NCBI RefSeq assembly: GCF_006345805.1
Contig: NC_042998.1
Span: forward strand, 137,640,001 to 137,704,000
Source: Octopus sinensis
Taxonomy: Eukaryota
DNA: 64,000 nucleotides
Reading direction: 5' to 3'
This document shows positions 36,376 to 47,841 of this stretch, piece after piece (within the stretch, counting starts at the first letter, position 1; every line of letters begins with the position of its first letter). The translations under genes and the position numbers were made by a program. The notes under the pieces were generated by a model. The model made no database searches, was not told where the DNA came from, and saw only the letters and a list, made by a program, of their open reading frames with translations.

Positions 36376-38074
36376 TACTCTCAGATGGTCTTTTATGGTG
36401 ACCACATATTTGTAACACAGCTAAAATTGAATAGCAAAAAATTGGCTTCATCTTTTGGGTCAATAAATTCTTTGGCTCTAATCAGTAGCTGACCTTCTAC
36501 AAAGCACATGAAAAACACACAGACTACTTTACAAACATCTAGGCCAGTGCTTCTGATGCTACACACACACAAACACAAACACAAATATCTTACACTAGAT
36601 TAAAACAAGGTCATCTGACTGATCAGTATTCCTTCCTTGCCAATTTTCCTCACTGTTTTACAGTTATTAAGCTACAGATGTTCAAGCTGAACATCATCTG
36701 TATTGACCTGACTTCTCAGGAAGGGACTGAAAAAGTCATGGATACAGTTCTAATTTTTCTGATTAAAAAGAAAGAAAAAAAAAGTTAATATAAAAAGTAT
36801 TTTGTACTTCCTATATTAAATGACTAAGTGAAAGAAAGGTCAAATGACATTTCAGCCATCTGGAGACAAGATAATATTGAGCTTACTACTACAGCATTTG
36901 ACAAATTCACCTTCATTCATTAGAGTCATTCAAACATGATACATACCAAAAATTGTTGCTAAATTAGTCCAACCTAAAGAAATCAAAGCAACAGAGAGCC
37001 AATATAAGAATTTACAACGAAACAGTGATGTCTCCATAAAAAGTAGTTTTGTCACAAGTAGATCTTTACAATAGATATTCACAAACTAGATTTTGCAAAA
37101 AATCTACAAAAGTGTACACTGACAAAACTGAATTCATAAAACAAGCATATCAGAACTCAACTAAACTGCCATGATACAGCCCACACAAATATCAGAATAG
37201 AGCCACCAAAACTGTCCCAAGTTCGTATGATACTGTAGTCTGATTTACTGAATTTCACAGTTCAAATATAATCAGCCAGATCCATGATATAAGCCAGCTT
37301 AGAGTTAACTGAGGCTATTCAACAACAATCAATGTTAATGTTTTATATTTCCCATATTTTAATTCTTTTTAGTTTTGTACTAATATCTGGGTCACTTAAA
37401 TCTATTATTTTTGAATTTTATGTCCTAGATGGATTAGTTTCACATGAAGTGAATATTAAACAAAAGAATATATCAATAAATCAATTATTGATATCAACAA
37501 CCATATTATATCAGTTGATGCGTAACAAAACACGATTTAAGCTCTGGATGAAAAGTGATGATCAAATAAGAATTGAAAAAATAATTTAGAAAAGTAGGAC
37601 AAAAAAAAGATTAATATCAAATTGCAGACTGAAGGATGTGAAAGTTCTAGAGCACACACACAAATGTCATAAGCTCAAACCTTGCAACGAGAATTGCATT
37701 GCAAACTGCAGAGAATAAAAACCACTCATGCCCTTTTGTGGTTGGCAGTAGGTATTAGAAAACTTTAAGGTCACTCAAGTAGCTAGTAGCAGGAGTAGAT
37801 GGTTCTCTGAAGTAGATATGTTCTACTGTCTAGTAGTGGACATGGAACAAATAATAGCAATAATGGACAGCCTGTGACGAAGATATAATTTAGAGGATTT
37901 TCAACTTCCATTGATAACAAAAGGTTTTTTCATTGTATGAAGGCAAGATGGTGTAAAAATATTATGTCTCTGGTGGGAACATGAGCAGTGAATTAAATGT
38001 TATACGATAGTAAAAAATTTGTCAGTTCAATGAGTTGGATCTGCAATGTTAACTCTTGAAAAAGATTGAACACA

Positions 38075-38335
38075 AGTAATTTGAGAATGTATATGTATGT
38101 GTGTGTCTCCATGTCTTTGACATCATGCAACAATTGTAAATGGGTGTCACAGTTACATAAGCAGTATTATTCATTTCCAATCTTCCATGAAAATATCTTT
38201 GGCCATGAGAAAATATTACTATTGGAAACAAGTGAGCATTAGCCAACAGGAAAGGCATACAGCCATATAAAATCTGCCATGATATATTTCATCTAACTCA
38301 TGCAAGCATAGAAAAGCAAATGCTAAAATGATTGG
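38075..38335 (+). mobile_element. SINE body with RTE-type 3' tail
   Basis: GTCTTTGACATCATG...CCAACAGGAAAGGCATACAGCC...GCAAGCATAGAAAAG, homologous to 42590-42820. Confidence 0.7.
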
Positions 38336-39552
38336 TGGCATTGACAAGGCATCATAAAGTATAGGCCAAACGTATGCAAGATATATGATAATCTAAACTG
38401 CTGAATCGTCATCATCATTTAATATGTTTTCCATGCTAGCATGAATTGGACAGTTTCACAAGCTGGCAAGCCAGAGGACTGTGCTAAGCTCTATGGAATA
38501 TATTTATAGTACAAGCAGACCAAGGAATATTAGAGAAATAATTAAGGCCCAAGAACAGTGGGCCTCATAATGAAGATGACAGGAGGAGATAAAAAAAACA
38601 TGAGATGGTGTTTAATTTCGAACCTATCTCACAATGCTAATATGAAATAGCAGATTTTTGAACTACTGCTATCAAGGATATTGGGAATACTAAAGATGAT
38701 TACAGTAACAACAAAAGACACCCACTCCTATCTAATTAGAATAAGTAATTAATGCAGGGCTGATTAAAACTCTTTGATTCTAGACTTTATACATCTCCCA
38801 CTCCATTTATATGATCCAACAAGTATAGACGAGCCGATTATATTTTTAAAGGCATTTTCATATTAATTAGTCTCATTTACAGCAACCGAAAAATCATAAT
38901 CAATGACAGTTCTAACTACATGAATATTTTCTAACATTTTTAATTATAATGAAAAAAAAATGAAAAAATATTTGACCAAACAATGATAAAAGAAGCAAAG
39001 AAAAAAGTTTCTTTTATGGAAATTGCAATCATTTTTCAACAATAACAATGACTTCAGGTTTCCATAAATGTATCATGTCTGCACTTAAATCTATCAGAAT
39101 ACAAAAGATAACTAGTGGGAGAATCAATAACACAAATAAAGTAACCACATTGTTACTTTATCCAATCTATTCAATTGAGATTAACCAATGCAGCAAAACC
39201 CAATTGTTAGCAACTGTTGAACCAAATCTCTACCACTATTTATGATAATATGTTACCCCACTAATAATTTATCCATCTTAATTAAATCAGGACTCTATTA
39301 AAAAAAAAATTAAAAAGAAAAGAAAATTACTTTGGTTTAACATATGATGGTTAAGAGTAAAATGGCTGAGTGAATAAGGCTTTAGGTTACCAGCTTCTGG
39401 GTCATCATTGTTATCTGCATCATTTTAACAGGCACTGTTCTATGCTTGTATGGAGCAGACAGAACTTGTTAAGGCAGATTTTCTATGGCTAGATGCTCTT
39501 CTACCACCAACCCTCACCCATTTCCAAGCAAGGAGTAGCTGTATGGTAAGTA

Positions 39553-39970
39553 TAGGCGCAGGAGTGGCTGTGTGGTAAGTAGCTTGCAAACCAACCACAT
39601 GATTCTGGGTTCAGTCCCACTGCGTGGCATCTTGGGCAAATGTCTTCTGCTATAGCCCCGGGCCGACCAATGCCTTGTGAGTGGATTTGGTAGACGGAAA
39701 CTGAAAGAAGCCTGTCGTATATATGTGTGTGTATATATATATATATATGTGTGTGTGTTTGTGTGTCTGTGATTGTCCCCCTAGCATTGCTTCACAACCG
39801 ATGCTGGTGTGTTTACGTCCCCGTCACTTAGCAGTTCGGCAAAAGAGACCGATAGAATAAGTACTGGGCTTACAAAGAATAAGTCCCGGGGTCGATTTGC
39901 TCGACTAAAGGCAGTGCTCCAGCATGGCCGCAGTCGAATGACTGAAACAAGTAAAAGAGTAAAGAGTAAA
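39553..39970 (+). mobile_element. Full-length young tRNA-headed SINE (family A)
   Basis: TAGGCGCAGGAGTGGCTGTGTGGTAAG (A-box-like), GGTTCAGTCCC (B-box-like), internal microsatellite, AGTAAAAG tail repeats. Confidence 0.95.
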
Positions 39971-40054
39971 TTAATATTGTCTCCCCCACCCTCATCTCTG
40001 AACATTTTTTCAGAAGATTGGATATTAAGTGACACCTCTTGTACAACAATGATG

Positions 40055-40280
40055 CTCATTTATAAGCATTGCATGATGTCAAGACATGGAGAGAAACACA
40101 CACTAACACACAAAATATATACACAAGATGAGCTTCTTTCAATTTGTATCAACCAAATCTACTCACAAGCTTTGGTCAAGCCAAGGCTATAGCAGAAGAC
40201 ACTTGTCCAAGGTGCCACAAAGTGAACCCAAGACCATGTGGTTGGGAAGTGACCATAAACACATGGCTACATCTGTGCCA
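40055..40280 (-). mobile_element. SINE head plus start of RTE-tailed body
   Basis: Reverse of 42410-42620. Confidence 0.75.
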
Positions 40281-40385
40281 ATCCCTAAGTTCATATCCAC
40301 TAAAGTTTTTCACTGAACCAATGAGCACAACACATTCTACGTGCCTCAATTCACTGAGCTGTGGTGATTAGGAAACTGTCTCTAA

Positions 40386-40605
40386 CTCTTTAGTATCCAA
40401 ACCGGCCATATCCAGCCTAAATATTCTACTTGTATTATGTTCAGACCAGATAGAGCTGGCTTTTCACATGCACCACACAATGACATTCTAAAAATAAACA
40501 ATCATATCATAAATATCTTGAAGCTACAAGATAATGAATACTAACTTTAAAACAATGTGACTAAATAAGCATTACATTTGACAAAGTAATCTGAATACTA
40601 AAGGG
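40386..40605 (-). mobile_element. piggyBac-type MITE (CCCTTTAGCATTCAGATT family)
   Basis: Ends CTCTTTAGTAT...AATACTAAAGGG|TTAA; reverse of 41940-42117 and 58646-58859. Confidence 0.8.
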
Positions 40606-40760
40606 TTAATGAATGTTACCTGCAATACACCAGTGTCTTATCTATGAGATTAACCTTTCATCTCCAGAATATATCAGAATCTGAAACCAGACAATGGTTT
40701 TATGAATATTTGTGAATCATGGAGATATTTATTATTCAATTATTATCAATATTATTATCA

Positions 40761-41143
40761 TAGGCGCAGGAGTGGCTGTGTGGTAAGTAGCTTGCTTACC
40801 AACCACATGGTTCCGGGTTCAGTCCCACTGCATGGCACCTTGGGCAAGTGTCTTCTACTATAGCCTCGGGCTGACTAAAGCCTTGTGAGTGGATTTGGTA
40901 GACGGAAACTGAAAGAAGCCCGTCATATATATATATATATGTGTGTGTGTGTCTGTCCCCCCAACATCACTTGACAACCGATGCTGGTGTGTTTACGTCC
41001 CTGTAATTTAGCGGTTCAGCAAAAGAGACCGATAGAATAAGCACTAGGCTTACAAAGAATAAGTTCTGGGGTCGATTTGCTTGACTAAAGGTGGTGCTCC
41101 AGCATGACCGCAGTCAAATGACTAAAACAAGTAAAAAGAGTAA
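40761..41143 (+). mobile_element. Full-length young SINE (family A)
   Basis: Closely matches 39553-39970. Confidence 0.95.
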
Positions 41144-41254
41144 AAATAAGTGGATGTGGTGTGGAAAAAAAATAGAAGAATGCTATGAATGCTTTAACTA
41201 CTTTTTTTTTTTTAATCAACTTTTGAAAAAGGTGATTTCTTCATGAACAATGTG

Positions 41255-41500
41255 TATACCATATATATCATCATATAACATTCACTTTGCTATGTTCACT
41301 TGAGTTGGATGGGATTTATTGAGACAGATTTTCTATAGTCAAATGCCTTTCCTGCTACCAATACTCACCTGTATTCAAGCAAACTAATATTTCCCATGAC
41401 CAGACATGCTTTTCACAGAAGGCTGGAAATGAACAACATTGCTTGTATAACAGTGATTTTTGTTTACAACCATTACATAATGTTAAGACAAGGATATTTT
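41255..41500 (-). mobile_element. RTE-tailed SINE body
   Basis: GACAGATTTTCTATAG...GCCTTTCCTGCTACCAA...CCCATGACCAGACATG, the reverse of 42600-42800. Confidence 0.7.
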
Positions 41501-41669
41501 ATTTTGGTTGAATAAGTCTCTTGCTATTCTGAGTTTTGCTTATGAGAGCACAAGGTGCACCCACAGGTGAAGCTCAGAGTAGCAAAAAATTGATTTGAAC
41601 CAAATAAAATATTAATCTTTACTGTAATATCAAATACTCTTCTTTTCCAACAATCAGCACTAAATATGC

Positions 41670-41805
41670 AAACACACACACACACAGGCTTCTTTCAGAT
41701 TATGTTTACCAAATCTGCTCACAGGACTCCAGGTTATAGTAGAAACCACTTGCTCAAAGTACTGTTCAGTAGGACCAAACCAGAGACTACATGGTTGAGA
41801 AGCTT
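41670..41805 (-). mobile_element. SINE family A head fragment
   Basis: GGCTTCTTTCAG...TACCAAATCTGCTCACAGG...CACTTGCTCAAAG. Confidence 0.7.
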
Positions 41806-41939
41806 ATTCAAAAAATTGAATTTAAATATTTAAAGTTTTATTCACTTGTTACTTATGCTCCATTCTGAGGTGTCTCACACCTACCAAAATATTGCCATGT
41901 CCCACTCACACACAGCTTGAGAAACACTGCCTTAACTAA

Positions 41940-42117
41940 CCCTTTAGCATTCAGATTATTCTGTTTATTTTGAATTAATCATGCATTATATCATAGTAAT
42001 GAGATTTCAATGATGTGATTGTTTACTGTTAGAATGACATTGTAAGGCAGTGAGAGAGGCCTGATCTGGCCAGTTAGAGTATTTGAGCCAGATACGGCCA
42101 GTTTGAATGCTAAAGGG
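41940..42117 (+). mobile_element. piggyBac-type MITE
   Basis: CCCTTTAGCATTCA...TGAATGCTAAAGGG|TTAA, a 14 bp perfect TIR. Confidence 0.85.
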
Positions 42118-42409
42118 TTAAGGTAATTATTATTAACTTTCTACCTTCTGATTACAATTCCTAGCAAGGTCAACTTCAACTTTTATTTGAGTGTAATACA
42201 GTATATAAGGTTTATTGTAGGTTGGACCAATCAGCCATATGTCTCAGGTATAGTGGCTTTGCAATACAAGTTAAGAAACATTTTCAAATATATAAACAGA
42301 CTAAGTACAGAGCAGTCTTGTCCCATTAGGAAGTCAAGACATGAAAAGTTGTGGAATTTCAAATCCACCCAACCTATGCTAGCATGGAAAACAAATGTTA
42401 AATTAATGA

Positions 42410-42820
42410 TGGCACAGGTGTGGTTAAGTTTGCTTCCTAATGACAGTTTCGGGTTCAGTCCTAGAACATGGCAACTTGGGTAAATGTTTCCAATAGCCCC
42501 AGGCCAACCAAAGCCTTGTGAGAAGATTTGGTAGATGGAAACTGAAAGAAGCCCATCATATATGTATATGTCTGTATGTTTGTATCTTGTCTTGATATCA
42601 TGTGATAGTTGTAAATGAGTTACTATCATACAAGTATAGTAATTCATTTCCAATATTCTGCGGAAACATATATTACCATGGGGGAATTTTACTTTGCTTG
42701 GAAATAAGTTAGGGTTGGCAACAGGAAGAGCATCTGACCAAAGAAAATCTGCCTCAATAATTCCCATCTGAGCCATGCAAGCATGAAAAAGTGGATATTA
42801 AAACAATGATAACGATATCT
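42410..42820 (+). mobile_element. Composite SINE: family-A tRNA head plus RTE-type 3' tail
   Basis: Head GGTGTGGTTAAG...GGGTTCAGTCC; tail GGGTTGGCAACAGGAAGAGCATC...GCAAGCATGAAAAAGTGGATATTAAAA. Confidence 0.8.
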
Positions 42821-43849
42821 ACTCAGTCATATCATTGCTATTTTCTTATGGCCGAATGTGATAAGAATTGAGAAGGGGATTTCAGTTAAATCAACCAAAT
42901 AGAAATATTTTAATAAAAGCAATACTATATTTTAATGAAAGTTGAGTAACAGTGTTAAAGAGAGAAAAAAAAAACATCATTGTTTTGCAGTAACCAAGTC
43001 ACTATGAACCAGACCAATTGGTTTCAATACCAACATTAACGTTATTTAATGCAGGGAACATTAAAAAACTAACTACAAATAAGTGCAGTGAGAAAAAGAA
43101 TGAAAAAAAGTAACTGCAGACAGGTTTTGGCCTTATTTTGACCTCCTTTCATCATACATGCTGGAGCAGTGAGAGAAAAAAATGATATGTATATTTATTA
43201 CTAGTTAATTTGTTTCACTCTTTTTATGCTCCATGTTTTAACTATGTTAACATTAATGTTTGTTTTTCATGCAAATGGCATTACAGAATCCTTAGTTTCA
43301 AATTTACATATATTTTTTTGCTGTTTCAACTTTAAAAAACTGTCTATACAATGCAATATTTCAGAAGACGTATTACTAAAAGAAAATACTTTCAATGTTA
43401 AAACTATGGTTAAACCATGGACATTACTTAGAAATATTAACAGGTGTCTAAGTTTACAAGTAAAAGTTTCACTTATTTGTATTACTGCACATACACACAA
43501 AAGAATGACTTACAGTTCCATGAAATAATAAATGGTTTCTTATATTACCATAAAGTCTCAGATTCCGAGCAGACTGAAATCTGAATATGGCAGCAATTAT
43601 TTATTTCCAGAGTAAGGACCGAGTTTGAAGTAAAAATCTTTCACAAGCATAATTATTTATTTATGTAAGCACAAGGCTTACAAATGAGGCTGTATCATAA
43701 ATTCGTACAACAAAAACCAGAAAATGGCTTTCACAATCTTCTACAAAGCTGAAAGAACAATCCACACTTGAATACTGGTTACCTATCGAGGATGACACAG
43801 CTAAGATAGATACATAAACATCCTAGACTACATAAAAAAAAGTCACATT

Positions 43850-44150
43850 CAATTGGCAAAGTTTCACTCACTGAAATGCTACAACCACCAGTTATTCTTT
43901 CTGCTTGCTCTCTTCCAAGGTTACTACAATAACTCCTGCTCCTCTGATCCTACATACAACCTTCCGACCAACCCACTCTCATCTCATCATACCTACTGTC
44001 TCCCAACTCAAACCTCTTTACTAAAGACTTTTCTTCAATCCTTTCTCCTTTGGATTTCAGCAAATCCTGCTGAAATCCCTTCTTTGACTATATTTTCCCT
44101 AAAGAAAAAGCAATCATCAGAATCTCAAACTGATCAACTTGGTCAACTCT
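43850..44150 (+). mobile_element. CR1/L2-type LINE 3' end relic
   Basis: LFQGYYNNSCSSD resembles FYRYYNGxCSSEL; similar to 19110-19365. Confidence 0.45.
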
Positions 44151-44760
44151 AGGGTCTGCAAAAGCAATGAAAAATGCCCTCCTCGAACTAAATAAAAATA
44201 TGTAAAGCTAGATAAAATGAAAGGGACAAAAATATTTTTTTGACATTAGCACAATGTAAGAATTGTTTGATGCAGACAACTGCAAGTATATTATTGTTGG
44301 ATGGGATGGGAGGAGTCATCATTTGATCCACACTACAGGGATAAAGGGCAAATTTGGCCTTTCATTGTGACTCATCAAAATTTGCATGGCGCATTGTTTC
44401 TTGTTATTCCATAGCCATGATAATGACTATTATAATACTTTTGTCGGTGACAGATTAACTACACACACATACAAAAAACTAATATTGTTACACTGACATA
44501 TTAAGATAGTTAAAAAAAAAAATCAGTCTTCTTTTGAGCAGACAGAGTACAATGTACATTTCAGAAAGAGGAAATGGGGTGTGACAGTAAGTCTTTCCCC
44601 GATTAGCGACGTAAATAAAGTGAAATAGCAACTGTAGCAAACAAACAAGACTAGCTTACCAACTTACGTTTCACATCACTTGCATGATACAATCAAAAGG
44701 TGTATTATATAAAAGACGTATTCTAAAGCACAAATGAAGCGCTTTCAAGAATATCACTTA

Positions 44761-44918
44761 CCGTAATTTACTCGTATATAAGTCGCACTAATTTATATTT
44801 TTCAACTTAAAAAAAAATGAAATGCGACTTATACACGAGGAAAAGCTATAAACCGTTGAGGAGATGCACCAAGATTTTAGACTAAATTAAGGGTGTGACT
44901 TAGACACAGTAAATACTG
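44761..44918. mobile_element. Tc2/pogo-type MITE
   Basis: TA|CCGTAATTTACTCGTATATAAGTCGCAC and rc of the right end TA|CAGTATTTACTGTGTCTAAGTCACAC; internal inverted copy TGCGACTTATACACGA. Confidence 0.8.
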
Positions 44919-46044
44919 TAGATATTTGGAAACAATCATCCGATAGCAAACCAAGGTTCAGGTAAAAGCGGGATAGATTTTCAGGACTAAACAAACACCA
45001 GCGGTTCAGATCCCACTGAAACTATTTGTGCTTTTATGCTATTACGAACGTAGAAGGGTTGGTACAAGTTCAATTTCTACATCTGATTGAATTCAACAAC
45101 ACTGAAGAAACTGAGCATTTGAACTCAGAAACACGAAGTAACAGTCAGTGCTCTCTAAACTCATCCATCCTTCTTAAATACGATTATCAAATTATGTTTG
45201 TACAAATGAAACAACGAGCTTGAGGAGGTGAAACCAACGAGAAAGCGTTTACGTGACAGTAAGATCTGCCAAATTTAGCAGACAAATCTCCCTCAAATAG
45301 CACCCAATATTTTAAAGAAGATATTGGACAATGTTGTCATTGATACATAACACAAAAAGATGGGACGACTTAGATCATAGGTGTTTCGACGGGAGTTGAC
45401 CTGGGGCAAAATATATCAATAACGAGCACAAGGGTTTTTACGTAGTCGCCCGGCCTACTAGAAATAACAGCCAAATGTCATTCCTCTCACACTCTACCGA
45501 CTCAAGAACATTTTAGATAATATATTCCTACACACCCCTAAAAAAGACGAGATATCACGGCTGAACTATCTTCATGATGAGTTAACTTCTCTAGAAAATA
45601 TGAAGATATATATATACGCTTAAATATATTCTTTTTGAGAAGTTCAATATATTCGAGTAACGATAACATACGAATTTTTAATTAGAAAAATTGAGATGAT
45701 AACCCATCTTAATGCACACACAACTCTATAATCAGATGTGTGCTTCAATTGCTCTGTAATGTAATGCGTGCTTATAGGCCAAAAATAATATAGATGCAGT
45801 TTAAATGGTTTAAAACTGAATAGCATGATTGGACGTATAAAATGCCATTTACAACAAGAGGTTATCTACATGTATGTGTGCGTTATATATACACACACAC
45901 ACACAAAGACTGATTATGCCAAGCAGAACGAAACTTCGAAGTCGCTCACCACTCTTCTTGCAAAAGTGTATGTACTTAAAAAGTACTGAGTTTAAAGTAA
46001 AATTGTTATGATAACCCGATATCAAAACAAACATTGGTCTTTCT

Positions 46045-46088
<44 letters not shown>

Positions 46089-46824
46089 TGTTCCATTATT
46101 GGTGCTATCAACATAAAAAGCACTTGAAAATACACGACACGCTTGTCCGACCATTGTATTATCAGGGGCATGAAACTAATAGCTTGCATTTAAATCCTCT
46201 GTGCGTGGATGGATGGATTTAACCACAAGACCAAAACGAGAACAAGAATATGTGAAAGTGTTGTAAATTATGTCAATGAGTATCAAGTGTCAAACGGGAA
46301 AAAAAAAAACATTGCTGATGGCCGTAGTGAAAAGGGCAAATGTTTGTCCATTTATCTATAGAATATGAAAAAAATAACACTGGCATAAACAATAAATAAT
46401 GATATGAAAAGCAACCGAGCAGAGATTGTGTGAGCTAAAGAAAAATAAACTGATGAAGGCTGTAGCAGTGATGTGTGATTCAGCGTAATTGTATTGTATT
46501 GATGTTTGCGACTAATTTACTAATCGCGGTGTTTCTTTGAAAGCATTGCTGCTACCTCTTGTTATTTTAGTGGATGATGTAGTTTATGTAAAGTGTGTAC
46601 GTCACTTCGACTGTAAACTAGACTGTCAAGAGAATTATCATTTTTGAGACTATATAGATATAAAGCACGAATATATTTAGACATACACATGAATTCATAT
46701 CTATACATACACACACGAATTTATATATAGAAGATATATACACACGTGAAAAAATACAGATACACACTCGAATTTATATATAGATATAAATATACACGCA
46801 GGTACACACACATACATACATATA

Positions 46825-46884
<60 letters not shown>

Positions 46885-46885
46885 C
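46825..46885. repeat. (TA)n(TG)n microsatellite
   Basis: Direct reading; similar arrays at 46050-46085 and 47076-47160. Confidence 0.95.
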
Positions 46886-47074
46886 ACAAAAATCAATTAT
46901 GGGGAACGGCAGGTTTCTTTCTGTTTTTTGCACTAATAGAAGGGAGTGTGACAGGAAGTAACATTAGGAAGTATTTTAAACAGAGAAAAAATCTGATGTA
47001 GTGTAGGAAAGAAGGGGGGGAAATAATAATTACCAGGAAAGGATACTCTGCACTGTCACACATTATTATGTGTC

Positions 47075-47162
<88 letters not shown>

Positions 47163-47691
47163 CACGTATGTTTATGCGTGAGTGTGTAAGAGAGCGAATA
47201 AGAGATGTAAATAAATGGCTTGAGGGAAGGTATTCCTAATTGAAAAATACAATGAAATAACGATTGTCAGGTGATAGATAAGACGATAACATTCATAGCT
47301 TGGAAGAATATTATAAAATAGCCTTTTGTATCCAGGAATATTGGAATTAGTCAATAGAAAAAGTTGTAGAATCGTAACGGAACATTTATCCTTCATGGCA
47401 AGGAAAAAACAACGGTAACTCAGTAAATTATACAAGAGATTGTAACAAATCGACAGGAATTTCCAAACAAGTTAATGTCTCTGGTATTGTAGATGAAGAT
47501 TGTCAAAAGGAGTAGTGTTTAGATAATGAAAATAAAGTGGATAAAATAGTGGAGGCTTCTTTACATCCTTTGAAGTGACAATTTGAAAGCGAAAAAGATG
47601 CACACATCGAAACGGTGAACGTGCTTCAAAATAAAGACACCATAAGGGAAAGTATGATTAGATCAAGTTAAGGTTTAATATATGTTCTTAC

Positions 47692-47841
47692 CTGTTGGAG
47701 AACTTCTTGGTTAAGTCCTGACAACCTAAACAAATCCAATGCTTTGGAGCCGGTTACTCTTCCAGACCCTTCGACATCGCAGTTCTGGAAAAGTTCACCG
47801 TAATATCTCTGTTCTTGCTCACACAGCTTTAAACCTTCCAT
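47692..47841 (-). CDS. REPS1: REPS1 (RalBP1-associated Eps domain protein) first coding exon, N-terminal EH domain
   Basis: Reverse complement reads MEGLKLCEQEQRYYGELFQNCDVEGSGRVTGSKALDLFRLSGLNQEVLQQ (150 nt) followed by a phase-0 donor CAG|GTAAG. It resembles the remembered vertebrate REPS1 start [22 protein letters not shown]...VVLQ, including the intron position. Confidence 0.9.

Noticed and set aside
39553-39640. tRNA gene
   Set aside because: A/B-box-like motifs only, with no cloverleaf; multiple diverged copies continue into a SINE body.
44360-44390. AP-1 (TGACTCA) next to an octamer (ATTTGCAT)
   Set aside because: Short motifs are expected by chance in 64 kb of AT-rich DNA; no independent support.
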